NCBI GenBank assembly: GCA_028692875.1
Contig: JAQUWL010000001.1
Coordinates: 126,191 to 150,190, forward strand
DNA length: 24,000 nt
Origin: Sulfurospirillaceae bacterium
Lineage (GTDB): Bacteria > Campylobacterota > Campylobacteria > Campylobacterales > Sulfurospirillaceae
Direction of reading: 5' to 3'
Numbering within the stretch: the stretch's first letter is position 1; each line of letters begins with the position of its first letter. Below are positions 8,755 through 18,978 of this stretch, in pieces. The position numbers and the translations under genes were made by a program. The notes under the pieces were generated by a model that did no database searches, was not told where the DNA came from, and worked only from the letters and a program-made list of their open reading frames with translations.

Positions 8755-9639
8755 TTGAAGATAAGAATACCAGCCACCAGTGCCAATCTAGGACCTGGAT
8801 TTGACTGTTTAGGATTGGCAATAGCCCTTTACAATAATGTTCAAATTAAGCCCTCAGGCTACTACAGCGTTTCTATTAGAGGCGAGGGCGAAGAGAATAT
8901 AAAACTGAAAAAAAACAATATTTTTGTATCTATTTTTTATGAGGTTTATCAAGAGCTTAGAGGTAAAAAAGAGCCTTTTAGATTTGAGTTTGAAAATAAA
9001 ATTCCTTTTTCAAGAGGTATGGGCAGTAGCTCAGCAGTTATAGTAGGAGCTATAGCTAGCGCATATGAGATGGCTGGACTCAAAGTCGATAAAGACGCTG
9101 TCCTAAACAGAGCCTTAGTATACGAATCGCATCCTGACAATATTGCACCAGCAGTATATGGTGGATTTACAGCCTCTTTAGTGGAGGACAAAAAAGTAAA
9201 AACAATACGAAAGCCTTTGAGTAGTGAGATTAAAGCAGTTATGGTTATTCCTGATCGCTCCATGTCAACTGCACACTCTAGAATGCAACTACCTAAGGTG
9301 TATTCTATGAAAAATGTGGTCTACAATCTATCAAGAGCCTCCGTGCTAAGTGCAGCGTTTATGAGTGAAAATTGGGATATGTTAAGAGATGCTTCTAGGG
9401 ATTGTATGCACGAATATAGAAGGATGAAGCAGATGAGAGAGTTGTTTAAGGTTAGGGATGTGGCACTAGATTGTGGTGCTTTAATGAGCACCCTTTCTGG
9501 TAGTGGTTCTTCGTTTTTCAATCTAGCAAAAGAAGAGGATGCTCAAAGGTTGGTCGTGGCACTTAAAAGCGAATTTGAAATGTTTAGAGTCGAGGAATTC
9601 GATTTTGACAATAACGGCTTTGAGATAACTCAAAGCTGA
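8755..9639 (+). CDS. thrB: Homoserine kinase ThrB (GHMP family; TTG start)
   Basis: 'IRIPATSANLGPGFDCLGLAIALYN', 'PFSRGMGSSSAVIVGAI', 'ALMSTLSGSGSSFFNL' GHMP motifs; AGGAG 8 nt upstream. Confidence 0.95.
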   Translation: MKIRIPATSANLGPGFDCLGLAIALYNNVQIKPSGYYSVSIRGEGEENIKLKKNNIFVSIFYEVYQELRGKKEPFRFEFENKIPFSRGMGSSSAVIVGAIASAYEMAGLKVDKDAVLNRALVYESHPDNIAPAVYGGFTASLVEDKKVKTIRKPLSSEIKAVMVIPDRSMSTAHSRMQLPKVYSMKNVVYNLSRASVLSAAFMSENWDMLRDASRDCMHEYRRMKQMRELFKVRDVALDCGALMSTLSGSGSSFFNLAKEEDAQRLVVALKSEFEMFRVEEFDFDNNGFEITQS

Positions 9640-9665
9640 AAAACAGATAAGTTTCGATATAATCA

Positions 9666-9926
9666 ATGGCTAAAATTAATAAGCCCATGCGAATGTGTAT
9701 TGTTTGCAAGCAAAGAGGTGCTCAAGATACTCTTTTAAGATTGCAAGCACAAGAGGGAGAACTGGTTGGATTTACTAAAATCGGTAGAAGTTTTTATCTT
9801 TGCGCAGATTGCATAGATAAAAATGATAAGCGGCTTATAAAAATATTAAATAATAAATGCAAAAAAAATCACAAAAGCATTGCAGAGTTTGGGATAATTT
9901 TGAAGGAGATTGGTACGAATGGATAA
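9666..9926 (+). CDS. ylxR: YlxR family RNA-binding protein (DUF448)
   Basis: '[21 protein letters not shown]' and '[13 protein letters not shown]' motifs; immediately upstream of infB. Confidence 0.9.
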   Translation: MAKINKPMRMCIVCKQRGAQDTLLRLQAQEGELVGFTKIGRSFYLCADCIDKNDKRLIKILNNKCKKNHKSIAEFGIILKEIGTNG

Positions 9927-12522
9927 GGTGCGTATTCACGAAATAGCAAAAGAGCTAGGCATCAAAAGCAAAGATGTGGCAGAAAAGGCAGTAGAGATAG
10001 GATTAGATGTGAAGGCCTCTTCCGCAATCAGTCCTGAAGAGGCTGAAGCATTGATGAACTACGTGCTTACAGGCGAATATGTGGGAAATTCAAAACCGAC
10101 ACCAGAAGTAAAGTCTCCCAAAGAGGAAGAGAAAAAGGCTCAAGAAAAGCCCAAAGAAAAACCAAAAACCGAGTCAAAGCCTGTTGCCAAAGAGATAAAA
10201 ACTAAAACAATTGAGCCAAAAAAAGTAGTACAAGAGCAGGTAGTTGAAGAAGAAGCTCAAGAGCAATCTCTAGATATATCTGAGGCTACCAATGTGCGAA
10301 AACGAAGAGGATTGGTAATTGTTAAGAAAAAGAAACCAGAAGTTGAAGCAAAAGAGGCAGAGCAGTATAGCCCAGCACCTTCTTCTTACGGCTCTTATTC
10401 GGCTAGCTTAAATAAGCCTAGAACCATGGAGTCAGTTTTTAATACAACACAGCAAGAGATGGCCAAGAAGAAAAAGAAGATAAAAAAAGCACCTGCAGAG
10501 AGAAAAACTACAAATGTTGAGAAAATTGATATCTCTTTTGATGTGGATATGCGAGATGTAGAGATTGATCTAGAGGAAAATGTAGTTGTTTTGCCGGACT
10601 TTAGTACTTATGTGGATAAAAACGAAGAGGCTAAAAAGAAAAAAGTAATCGACCCTACGCAGATACGAACTACAAAAAAAACCAACTTTGTTATGCAAGG
10701 CATTCAAAGACAAACCAAAAAAAGACGCAGAAGACCAACCCTAACTCAAGACTCTGCTGCGGTGGATGCGATTGAGATACCAGAAGATATTCGTGTGTAC
10801 GAGTTTGCCGAAAAGATAAATAAACAACCTAGCGATGTAATCAGAGAGCTTTTTAACCTTGGTGTTATGTGTACTAAAAATGACTTTTTGGATAAAGATT
10901 CTATAGAGATTTTGGCGGAAGCATTTGAAGTTAGCGTAGTTACAGTAAACAATCAAGAAGCGTTTGACTATGTTAAAGTTTATGAAGAAAATCAAGACAA
11001 TAGTGATGATATCGAAAGAGCCCCAGTTGTAACCATTATGGGACATGTAGACCATGGTAAAACATCACTTTTGGACTATATAAGAAGTGCTAAAGTAGCT
11101 GCTGGCGAGGCTGGTGGTATTACGCAACATGTTGGTGCTTATATGGTTGAGAAAAATGGAAGAAAAATTACTTTCATCGATACTCCTGGTCACGAAGCCT
11201 TTACCGAGATGCGTTCTCGTGGTGCAAAGGTAACAGATATTGTTATCGTTGTGGTTGCGGCAGATGATGGTGTAAAACCTCAAACAAAAGAGGCAGTTGA
11301 GCATGCAAAATCAGCAGGTGTTCCTATAATCATTGCAGTTAATAAAATGGACAAAGAAGCGGCCAATCCAGACTTAGTAAAAGCACAACTTGCCGAGATG
11401 GGCATAAACCCTGTTGAGTGGGGTGGAGAGTATGAGTTTGTGCCAGTTTCTGCGAAAACAGGAATGGGAATCGAAGACCTTTTAGAGGTAATATTGATAC
11501 AAGCAGATATGCTAGAGCTTAAAGCCAATCCGAAAAAAGATGTTAAAGGTACCGTTATAGAGAGCTCACTTGAAAAAGGAAGAGGTCCTGTGGCGACTAT
11601 CGTAGTGCAAGATGGCACGATAAGAGTTGGAGATATTGTAGTTGCTGGAGTGGCATTTGGAAAAGTAAAAGCTCTTTTGAGTGATACCGGCAAAGTTGTT
11701 AAAGAGGCTATTCCTGGAGAGCCTGTTGTTGTTTTGGGATTGAGTGAGGTTCCATCTGCTGGCGAAACACTTATAAGTGTCAAGAGTGACAAGATAGCAC
11801 GAGAGTTTGCTAAGAAAAAAGCAGAATATTTGCGTCAAAAAGAGCTTTCGAAAACTACCAAAGTTAGCCTTGATGATCTTGGCGATATGATAGCCGAAGG
11901 TGCGTTAAAAACATTACCAGTTATCGTAAAAGCCGATGTTCAAGGAAGTTTGGAGGCAATCAAGGGAAGTTTAGAGAAAATCAGAAATGCTGAAACAAAA
12001 GTGAACATTATAAGCTCAGGTGTTGGTGGCATTACCGAGAGCGACGTGGCAATGGCGAGTGCAAGTTCAAACTGTATTATCTTGGGTTTCCATGTACGAC
12101 CAACTGGTATTGTCAAAGAAAAGGCAAAAACACTCGGCGTGGATATACGAACTTACAATATTATTTATGATTTGATTGATGACATAACAGGCGTAGTTAC
12201 TGGTATGATGGCTCCAGTTATGCGTGAAGAAAATATCGGTCAAGCACAAGTTCGTGAAGTATTTTCTGTGCCAAAACTCGGATTTATCGCTGGATGTATC
12301 GTAACAGATGGCACTATCAACCGTGGTGTAAAAATAAGAGTTATTCGTGATGGTGTTATCGTTCACGAGGGTTCTGTCTCTTCGTTGAAGCGTTTTAAAG
12401 ATGATGTTAGAGAAGTTACCAAAGGTTACGAGTGTGGTGTTGGAATTGAAGGCTTTAGCGGTATGAAGGTTGGCGATTATATTGAAAGCTTTAAAGAGGT
12501 TGAAGAAAAAGCAAAACTATGA
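9910..12522 (+). CDS. infB: Translation initiation factor IF-2
   Basis: G1 '[15 protein letters not shown]', '[10 protein letters not shown]', '[16 protein letters not shown]', 'NKMDKE', followed by domain II and IV repeats. Confidence 0.98.
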   Translation: MVRMDKVRIHEIAKELGIKSKDVAEKAVEIGLDVKASSAISPEEAEALMNYVLTGEYVGNSKPTPEVKSPKEEEKKAQEKPKEKPKTESKPVAKEIKTKTIEPKKVVQEQVVEEEAQEQSLDISEATNVRKRRGLVIVKKKKPEVEAKEAEQYSPAPSSYGSYSASLNKPRTMESVFNTTQQEMAKKKKKIKKAPAERKTTNVEKIDISFDVDMRDVEIDLEENVVVLPDFSTYVDKNEEAKKKKVIDPTQIRTTKKTNFVMQGIQRQTKKRRRRPTLTQDSAAVDAIEIPEDIRVYEFAEKINKQPSDVIRELFNLGVMCTKNDFLDKDSIEILAEAFEVSVVTVNNQEAFDYVKVYEENQDNSDDIERAPVVTIMGHVDHGKTSLLDYIRSAKVAAGEAGGITQHVGAYMVEKNGRKITFIDTPGHEAFTEMRSRGAKVTDIVIVVVAADDGVKPQTKEAVEHAKSAGVPIIIAVNKMDKEAANPDLVKAQLAEMGINPVEWGGEYEFVPVSAKTGMGIEDLLEVILIQADMLELKANPKKDVKGTVIESSLEKGRGPVATIVVQDGTIRVGDIVVAGVAFGKVKALLSDTGKVVKEAIPGEPVVVLGLSEVPSAGETLISVKSDKIAREFAKKKAEYLRQKELSKTTKVSLDDLGDMIAEGALKTLPVIVKADVQGSLEAIKGSLEKIRNAETKVNIISSGVGGITESDVAMASASSNCIILGFHVRPTGIVKEKAKTLGVDIRTYNIIYDLIDDITGVVTGMMAPVMREENIGQAQVREVFSVPKLGFIAGCIVTDGTINRGVKIRVIRDGVIVHEGSVSSLKRFKDDVREVTKGYECGVGIEGFSGMKVGDYIESFKEVEEKAKL

Positions 12523-12896
12523 TGGACAAAAGCATAAAGATTCAACGTACTGAGAGTGTTTTAAGAGAGTTGATTCCTGAGGCGCTTGCAACGCTTGATG
12601 ATGAGATGCTACGTGGTGTTTGCGTGGTTGAGGTGGAGTGCAGTAGAGGCAAGTATGATGCTACTGTTTATGTAGACCCTATGATGTATGATGCCAAAGA
12701 GAGAGCGTATATTTTAAATCATCTTGACAAAGTAAAAAGAGTCATTCAAAATCACTGTATGCAAGCTGAGGGGTGGTTTCGTTGTCCAAATTTTAAATTT
12801 AAATTTGATGACACTCTTGAGAAGCAAAACAAGATGGATGCACTTTTTGCAAAAGTAGAAGAAGAGTTAAAAAAAGGCAAAAAAAGCGATGATTAG
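12519..12896 (+). CDS. rbfA: Ribosome-binding factor A
   Basis: Small basic protein starting [18 protein letters not shown] directly after infB, with '[21 protein letters not shown]'. Confidence 0.88.
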   Translation: MMDKSIKIQRTESVLRELIPEALATLDDEMLRGVCVVEVECSRGKYDATVYVDPMMYDAKERAYILNHLDKVKRVIQNHCMQAEGWFRCPNFKFKFDDTLEKQNKMDALFAKVEEELKKGKKSDD

Positions 12897-13320
12897 CGAA
12901 GAAAACTTATCAAAATTGATTGAGCAGTGCCATGTGTCGCTGTATGATTATGAAGTAACGAGTGAGTTTGAAAAAAGAATTTTTCGTATCTATATAACTT
13001 CTAAAAAAGGCGTTACGCTAGATGATTGTGCACATGTAAGTAGAATTTTATCTCCTATTTTTGATGTTGAGCCTCCTTTGGATGGCGAATATACACTTGA
13101 AATAAGCTCTCCAGGGGTTGAGAGAAAACTCTTAAAGCCAGAGCACTTCAAAGCATCTTTGGGGGAAAAAGTAAAAATTAAACTTACCAATAAAGAAAAA
13201 ATAATCGCCATTTTGGAGTCGTATGAAAACAGTGCTATTGTCTTGGTTTTGGATAATGGCGAGAAGATGCGTATAAATTTAAGCGATATTGAAAAAGCAA
13301 GAACTTACTTTGAATGGTAG
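12889..13320 (+). CDS. rimP: Ribosome maturation factor RimP
   Basis: 'LDDCAHVSRILSPIFD...PLDGEYTLEISSPGVERKLLKPEHF' RimP signature. Confidence 0.94.
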   Translation: MISEENLSKLIEQCHVSLYDYEVTSEFEKRIFRIYITSKKGVTLDDCAHVSRILSPIFDVEPPLDGEYTLEISSPGVERKLLKPEHFKASLGEKVKIKLTNKEKIIAILESYENSAIVLVLDNGEKMRINLSDIEKARTYFEW

Positions 13321-14324
13321 AGCAAAACGACCATAACTTGATGCGAGTCGCCTTGAATGTCGCATGGGCATATCAAGGATTGACTTTTCCAAATCCAGCC
13401 GTTGGTGCAGTTGTTAGCGATGAAGATGGGAAAATCCTTGGAATCGGAGCACATCGGCGTTCTGGTTTGCCTCACGCAGAGGTTGAAGCCCTAAAAGAGG
13501 CTTACAAATCTCTTTCAAATGACCATCTTATCGACTCTATCGAGGATTCTTCGCAACTTCATAATTTTTTAAAGACAAACCACCAAAATCTTTTTCACAA
13601 TCTCATCTTACATGTAACACTAGAGCCTTGCAATCACTACGGAAAAACACCGCCTTGTTCCCAGTTGATTTATGATTTGGGATTTAAAAAAGTGGTTATC
13701 GGCTCTTTGGATAGAACAAAAGAGGCTAGAGGTGGCGGAGATTTTTTAAAAAGCAAAGGTGTTGAGGTTGTTTATGGCTGTCTTGAAAAAGAGTGCGATA
13801 TGCTTTTGGAGCCTTTTATGGCTTGGCAAAAAGAGGAGCCTTTTGTATTTTTTAAAATCGCCTTGAGTGCAAATGGTGTTGCAAAAGGTGGAATTATCAG
13901 TTGTGAAGCATCAAGAAAAAGAGTTCATCAATTACGCGATAAGTGCGATTTGCTCGTTATTGGTGGCAATACCGTGCGAACCGATAGACCGATTTTAGAT
14001 GCGAGATTGTGCGATGGAAAAGCACCCGATATTTTGATTTACTCGCACCATAAAAATTTTGATAAAACAATTCCTCTTTTTGGTGTAGAGAATCGAAAAG
14101 TATTTATTGAAAACTCTTTGGATAAAATAAAAAACTACAAAATGGTTATGGTTGAAGGTGGGCAAAATATGCTAGATGTGCTTGAAAAACAACTTCGATG
14201 GTTTTTAATATTTCGCTCTTTTGAAAACAAAGAGGGAGAAAAGATTGTCTTGCCACCAGTGCAAGAGATTTTTTCTTGCCAAATTGAAACGGATAAGATG
14301 AGTTGGTTTTATCGCAATGAGTGA
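13314..14324 (+). CDS. ribD: Riboflavin biosynthesis protein RibD (deaminase with reductase domain)
   Basis: 'NPAVGAVV', 'HAEVEALKEA', 'HVTLEPCNHYGKTPPCSQLI' zinc-site motifs and 'LLVIGGNTVRTDRPILDAR' reductase segment. Confidence 0.93.
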   Translation: MVEQNDHNLMRVALNVAWAYQGLTFPNPAVGAVVSDEDGKILGIGAHRRSGLPHAEVEALKEAYKSLSNDHLIDSIEDSSQLHNFLKTNHQNLFHNLILHVTLEPCNHYGKTPPCSQLIYDLGFKKVVIGSLDRTKEARGGGDFLKSKGVEVVYGCLEKECDMLLEPFMAWQKEEPFVFFKIALSANGVAKGGIISCEASRKRVHQLRDKCDLLVIGGNTVRTDRPILDARLCDGKAPDILIYSHHKNFDKTIPLFGVENRKVFIENSLDKIKNYKMVMVEGGQNMLDVLEKQLRWFLIFRSFENKEGEKIVLPPVQEIFSCQIETDKMSWFYRNE

Positions 14325-15057
14325 ATTTTTTATTGCAGAAGCTTTAATCGTTCTTTTTTCTGGCATAATCCATGGAGTTCTCGGATTTGGCTTCCCGATG
14401 ATAGCTACTCCACTTCTAGCTACTTTTATGGACTTGAAAAAAGCGGTACTTTATACACTGTTGCCAACTATTGTTGTTAATGGCTCAAGTATCAAAAGAG
14501 ACAACTCTGTTTTTGGCATTTTTAAAGAGTATAAACTGTTGATATTCTCTGTTTTATGCGGAAGTATTGCCGGTGCTACAGTTCTCGTCTTTTTTTATAC
14601 AGATTATTACAAGTTGCTTTTGGCGTTGGTTATACTTTTGTATCTCAATAGACAAAAGCTTAATATCTCTTTGACCCTACAGGTAGAGCGAAACAGGCAA
14701 ATAACAACTTGCGTAATGGGTTTTTTAAGTGGCTTGGTGGGCGGTATAGCTAATATTATGATACCGGTTCTTATCATTTTGGTTTTAGAATTTAAGCTAG
14801 AGAAGAAAAAATCCATAGGCGTTATGAATTTTTGTTTTCTCTCAAATAAGTTTGTTCAGGCTTTAATGTTTGGCATCAATGGCAGTTTTAATGCTCAAAA
14901 TATTGTTTTTATCCTCCCGCTTATCTTGTTGGCGCTTTTTGGATTTGTACTAGGAAGCAAAATGCAAGACAAGATAGATGAAACGTTGTATAAAAAAATC
15001 CTACATGTGGCTTTGTGGATTTTGTCTTTTTATCTTATTTTTTCAACGCTAATATAA
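14317..15057 (+). CDS. TauE/SafE-type sulfite exporter-family membrane permease
   Basis: 'GIIHGVLGFGFPMIATPLLATFMDLKKAVLYTLLPT' and a second-half repeat 'GFLSGLVGGIANIMIPVLII'. Confidence 0.8.
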   Translation: MSEFFIAEALIVLFSGIIHGVLGFGFPMIATPLLATFMDLKKAVLYTLLPTIVVNGSSIKRDNSVFGIFKEYKLLIFSVLCGSIAGATVLVFFYTDYYKLLLALVILLYLNRQKLNISLTLQVERNRQITTCVMGFLSGLVGGIANIMIPVLIILVLEFKLEKKKSIGVMNFCFLSNKFVQALMFGINGSFNAQNIVFILPLILLALFGFVLGSKMQDKIDETLYKKILHVALWILSFYLIFSTLI

Positions 15058-15069
15058 AGAAGGAAAACC

Positions 15070-16284
15070 ATGAAAAAATTTACAATCACTCCGCCAACAC
15101 CTCCTTTAAAAGAGGGCACAAAGGGGTATTTTCTCTCTCAAGTCCATCAACCTTTTTTTGTGTTCGGCATTGTTTGGGCGGTCGTATCTATGGTTGTTTT
15201 TGGAGTAGCGTATAAGGGCGTTTTGCCTCTACATGTGAGCCCTTCACATTTTCACACGTATAGCTTGATTTTTATCGTTTTTAGCCACTTTTTCCATGGC
15301 TTTTTGCTTACAGTTTTTTCAAAATTTTGTGCTGGCGAAGCGGTTAAAAAAGAGTTCTATATACCCATTTTTTACATGTATCAAGTAGGCTCTTTTTTTG
15401 TTACATGTGGCGTGATTTTTTCTATATATCTTTTTTTGGCTGGTGTTGTTATTTTACTTTTTGCCCAAACAAGGGTTGTGTATAAACTTTTTGAGATGCA
15501 CAGATACGGCAAAGCAACACTTAAGAAAGACCCATTTTGGATACTTATCGCCCACTCTTTTGGACTATCTTCTCACGCTTTATTTGTGTATGGTTTTTTA
15601 ATGGATGCAAATCAGCAAAATGTTGCATGGTATGAGGTTGCGTGGAGCAATGCTTTTTGGATGTATAGCATTTTTTTGGCATTTGTTGTGGCTCAAAGGA
15701 TGATACCTTTTTTCTCACACTCTTTAGCAGAAAAAAATAGTACTTTTCTTCCATTGGTTTTTGTTTTGTTTGCATTTAAGACGGTGGCGATTTCGCTTGA
15801 TATCTCTTTTTTAAAGATGGCAATAGATGTCATTTTGGCGATATTTTTATTAAAGGAGATACTACGCTGGAAGCTTTCGCCATTTAGCTCTCCTGCTATT
15901 TTATGGGTATTGCACATTGCTTTATTTTGGCTACCAATAGGTTTGCTTATAGGCTCATTTGAATCTTACATGCAGAGAAGCTTTTTGTATTTTGGCGAAC
16001 ATCTTGTTGCGCTTGGATTTTTAACAACTGTTTTGGTAGGTTTTGGAACTCGGGTTGCGCTGGGTCATTCAAAACAAGCTCCACATGCCGACAGATACGC
16101 TGTTTTTCTGTTTGTTTTAACACAAGTTGTTTTGCTAAGTCGCGCTATGTATTCGATGGCAATCGGGTATGATTTGAAAATGCTTTGGCTGTTCGATGCA
16201 TCTATGACTTTTTGGGTTTTGTTGTTTGTTTTGTGGGCACTTAGATATGCTCCTGTTTTGATAAATGGTAAAAAAATATCCTAA
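15070..16284 (+). CDS. NnrS-family haem/Cu-containing membrane protein
   Basis: 12-TM-like protein with 'QPFFVFGIVWA', 'HFFHGFLLTVF', 'FVTTVLVGFGTRVALGHS' style motifs of NnrS. Confidence 0.72.
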   Translation: MKKFTITPPTPPLKEGTKGYFLSQVHQPFFVFGIVWAVVSMVVFGVAYKGVLPLHVSPSHFHTYSLIFIVFSHFFHGFLLTVFSKFCAGEAVKKEFYIPIFYMYQVGSFFVTCGVIFSIYLFLAGVVILLFAQTRVVYKLFEMHRYGKATLKKDPFWILIAHSFGLSSHALFVYGFLMDANQQNVAWYEVAWSNAFWMYSIFLAFVVAQRMIPFFSHSLAEKNSTFLPLVFVLFAFKTVAISLDISFLKMAIDVILAIFLLKEILRWKLSPFSSPAILWVLHIALFWLPIGLLIGSFESYMQRSFLYFGEHLVALGFLTTVLVGFGTRVALGHSKQAPHADRYAVFLFVLTQVVLLSRAMYSMAIGYDLKMLWLFDASMTFWVLLFVLWALRYAPVLINGKKIS

Positions 16285-16294
16285 GGAAAAACCG

Positions 16295-17275
16295 ATGAGT
16301 ACGCTTAAATTTGACGTTTCCATTACCAATGCAAGCAAGGGTTTTGCATTGATGTTGATACTCTGGCACCATCTTTTTTATGAGATGCCTCAATATGGTT
16401 TTATTGTTCATCAAAGCGCACTTTTGGCAAAAGTCTGTGTAGCGATTTATGTGGTGCTGAGTGGCTATGGACTTGCTGAGTCGGTTAAAAATAAGCCCTT
16501 GCAGTTATGGTCGTTTTACAAAAGACGAGTCGTGAAACTCTACTCAACGTATTGGTTTATCGCTCTAATTTTTGTGCCTATTGGCGTGTTTTTTATGGGA
16601 CGGACATTGCAGAGTGTTTTTGGTGAATATGCTCTTGCAAAATTTGGTGTTCAGATGCTCGGACTTCATATGTTTAGCGACGTTGGATATGGTTATAACG
16701 CAACGTGGTGGTTTATGAGTTTGATCGTTGCTTTGTATCTTATTTTTCCTCTGCTTAATCTATCTTTGAAGCACTTTCCGATAACAGTGTTAGTTTTGAG
16801 TGCTTGTATTTTGTTTACAGATTTGCCTGTGCTTAATGATTGGATATTTCCTTTTGCTGTGGGCATTTATCTTTCTCAGACAAACGGCTTTTCATATATC
16901 TTCGATAAACTACAAACGCTCGGTTTTTGGCGTTTTGTCGTGTTAGTGTTAGCGTTAATAGGCGTGGCGTATTATAGACAAAATGGCTATATATTCGATG
17001 GTATAAAGATAGATGCACTGTTTGCTGTGGTTGTTGTTTTGCTAACAACTGAAGCTGTTGTGTCATCGGCTTGGATAAGACGTGCCTTGGAATTTATAGG
17101 AGTTCACTCGTTCAATATCTTTTTATTTCACACTTTTATCTACTACTACTATTGGGGCGAGGCTATATATTATTTTAAAAATCCTGTTTTGATTTTTGCG
17201 GTACTTTTGGGTATTTGTTTGGTTGTATCTATAGCACTAGAGGCTGTAAAAAAACGTCTGCCGTTTTTCGGATAA
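16295..17275 (+). CDS. Acyltransferase-3 family membrane protein
   Basis: 'NASKGFALMLILWHHLFYEMP', 'FYKRRVVKLYSTYWF', 'ATWWFMSLIVALYLIFPLL' features of acyltransferase-3 proteins. Start set at MSTLKFDV (ATG 16295) rather than the GTG-like 16265 ORF start. Confidence 0.82.
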   Translation: MSTLKFDVSITNASKGFALMLILWHHLFYEMPQYGFIVHQSALLAKVCVAIYVVLSGYGLAESVKNKPLQLWSFYKRRVVKLYSTYWFIALIFVPIGVFFMGRTLQSVFGEYALAKFGVQMLGLHMFSDVGYGYNATWWFMSLIVALYLIFPLLNLSLKHFPITVLVLSACILFTDLPVLNDWIFPFAVGIYLSQTNGFSYIFDKLQTLGFWRFVVLVLALIGVAYYRQNGYIFDGIKIDALFAVVVVLLTTEAVVSSAWIRRALEFIGVHSFNIFLFHTFIYYYYWGEAIYYFKNPVLIFAVLLGICLVVSIALEAVKKRLPFFG

Positions 17276-17282
17276 TATAAAA

Positions 17283-18953
17283 ATGGCTCTTAAAGAGGTA
17301 TATTTTTCTTACAAAGAGTATATGCGTCAACGCTATAAAGAGCCACTTTTTAGTGTTCCTGTGGATGTGGATTTTGGTTGCCCAAATCGAGCAGTTGATG
17401 GCAGCGGAGGGTGTACTTTCTGTCCTGAACATGGTGTGCGTTCGGCTCAAACAAAAGATGCCAAAAACATAGAAGAGCAGATACAAAAAGCTATCGCTTT
17501 TGCTAAAAAACGCTACAAAGCCAAATCATTTTCACTCTATCTTCAAGCTTACACTGGAACATTTGCCTCTGTTTTAAAGCAAAAAGAGGTCTATGAAAAA
17601 CTTTTATCTTTTTATCCTTTTAAGGCTTTACATGTAGGAACGAGACCAGATTGTTTAAGTGAGCAAACGCTGGATTTTTTGCAAGAACTCAATCAAAAAA
17701 TCGATGTCTATGTTGAGCTAGGCGTGCAAAGCATGAGTGATAAAACTCTTTTTGCCATCAATCGTGGGCACGATAAAGCGTGTTCGATTGACGCTATTGA
17801 GCGTTTACACGTAAAGGGTTTGAAAGTTTTTGCTCATATCATCGTGGGGTTGCCAGACGAGGAGCGAAAAGATTGGCTTTATAGCGTTGATGAGCTTGTT
17901 AAACTTGGCATCGATGGTATCAAGATACACAATCTTCACATCATTGAGCATACCCAACTTGCAAGTCAGTATACTCAAGAGCCATTTAAAACTTTTGACG
18001 AATATGAATACGCAGAAGAAATTATCGAAATCCTAAGGCGAATTCCCTCAAATATTTCTATTGTTCGCTTTTCGACCGATACTCCAAAACGTGAGCTTAT
18101 CGCTCCACTTTGGAAGATGCACAAAGGGCAATTTGGAGAATATATCGCTAAAACGATGCACTATCGAGGCATAAAACAAGGCGATGAAGTTGAGGTGGTT
18201 GAAACGAAGGAGTTGACACAACCAAAAACAGTACAACTTGAAGATGGAAGCGTGACGTTTTGGAGTGAAGATTATCGAGATTATTATCATCCAAAAGCTG
18301 GAGCTTATAGACAAGCAAGAGAGCTTTTTGTTGCAAGGTCTGGGTTAAAAGAGCGACTAGAAAATGGCGATGTGAGACTTTTGGATATCGGTTTTGGTAT
18401 GGGATATAACACGCTTGAAGCCCTGAAAATCTCACACCAAATCTCACAACACGCTATACATGTAAGTGCTATCGAGCAAAACAGAATGCTTTTAAAACAA
18501 AGTGTGAAAGTTGTTTTTGAGTCTTTACATGTAGAGATGCTGGAGAGTCTTTTTGCGACATCGGTTTTTGAAAATATCAACTTTCTCAACGTCGAAGCAC
18601 GTTATGGTGTGAGACTTTTGAACGTGCCGTTTGATGTTATCTTTTTGGACCCATTTTTGGAGAGCAATAACGCCTCGCTCGTAACTCTGGAGTTTTTTCA
18701 AGCTTTGCGAAAACTTTTAAAACCAGATGGCGTTTTGGTCGCCTCAACTTCCTTACATGTAAGCCAAATCGGACTAAGACAAGCTGGCTTTGATGTGAGC
18801 CTTGCCAACATCGAGGGAAGTGACATCAAAGGGATTGTTGCCAAAATAGCGACATCTAGCAGTTTTGAAGAGGGGATACCGTATCGTGACCCTAATGGAG
18901 TGTTGAGTGATAAGGAGATAGAAAGTCAACATCAAAAGAGAAGTTTGATATAA
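17283..18953 (+). CDS. Fusion protein: TIGR01212/YhcC/YtqA-type radical SAM domain (N-terminal ~300 aa) plus MnmC1/DUF752-type SAM-dependent methyltransferase (C-terminal ~230 aa)
   Basis: N-terminal 'DVDFGCPNRAVDGSGGCTFC' radical SAM cluster motif and 'VELGVQSMSDKTLFAINRGHD'; C-terminal 'GSVTFWSEDYRDYYHPKAGAYRQARELFV', 'RLLDIGFGMGYNTLEAL', 'DVIFLDPFLESNN', 'LLKPDGVLVASTS' as in MnmC methyltransferase domains. Confidence 0.85.
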   Translation: MALKEVYFSYKEYMRQRYKEPLFSVPVDVDFGCPNRAVDGSGGCTFCPEHGVRSAQTKDAKNIEEQIQKAIAFAKKRYKAKSFSLYLQAYTGTFASVLKQKEVYEKLLSFYPFKALHVGTRPDCLSEQTLDFLQELNQKIDVYVELGVQSMSDKTLFAINRGHDKACSIDAIERLHVKGLKVFAHIIVGLPDEERKDWLYSVDELVKLGIDGIKIHNLHIIEHTQLASQYTQEPFKTFDEYEYAEEIIEILRRIPSNISIVRFSTDTPKRELIAPLWKMHKGQFGEYIAKTMHYRGIKQGDEVEVVETKELTQPKTVQLEDGSVTFWSEDYRDYYHPKAGAYRQARELFVARSGLKERLENGDVRLLDIGFGMGYNTLEALKISHQISQHAIHVSAIEQNRMLLKQSVKVVFESLHVEMLESLFATSVFENINFLNVEARYGVRLLNVPFDVIFLDPFLESNNASLVTLEFFQALRKLLKPDGVLVASTSLHVSQIGLRQAGFDVSLANIEGSDIKGIVAKIATSSSFEEGIPYRDPNGVLSDKEIESQHQKRSLI

Positions 18954-18978
18954 TTATATTAAGATTTGGGAGGCATTG

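Noticed and set aside
10741-11055. Minus-strand ORF (104 aa) and neighbouring antisense ORFs 10746-10952, 11065-11304, 11280-11792, 11566-11838, 12067-12366
   Set aside because: They lie completely inside infB on the other strand or in other frames, lack family signals, and IF-2 coding is unambiguous. Spurious shadow ORFs.
15079-15120. TPPTPPLKEGTKG N-terminus of the NnrS-like protein as an inserted mobile element
   Set aside because: Resembles a commonly seen proline/lysine-rich leader and there is no duplicated flank or second copy in the window, so there is not enough evidence for an insertion.
14317-17275. Permease, NnrS-like and acyltransferase genes as a novel defence or secondary-metabolite operon
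   Set aside because: Each looks like a familiar single-gene membrane family, with no nucleotide-sensing, nuclease or biosynthetic partner genes alongside.
17830-18589. Five overlapping shadow ORFs over the radical SAM/MnmC fusion gene
   Set aside because: Plus strand frame gives two consecutive recognisable domains; others have no motif.
17283-18953. Possibility that the 556 aa ORF is an assembly-made chimaera of two genes
   Set aside because: The frame runs continuously through a sensible linker with no stops and coherent composition, and the two domains have biochemically related partners. Kept as a true fusion, though read support would settle it.
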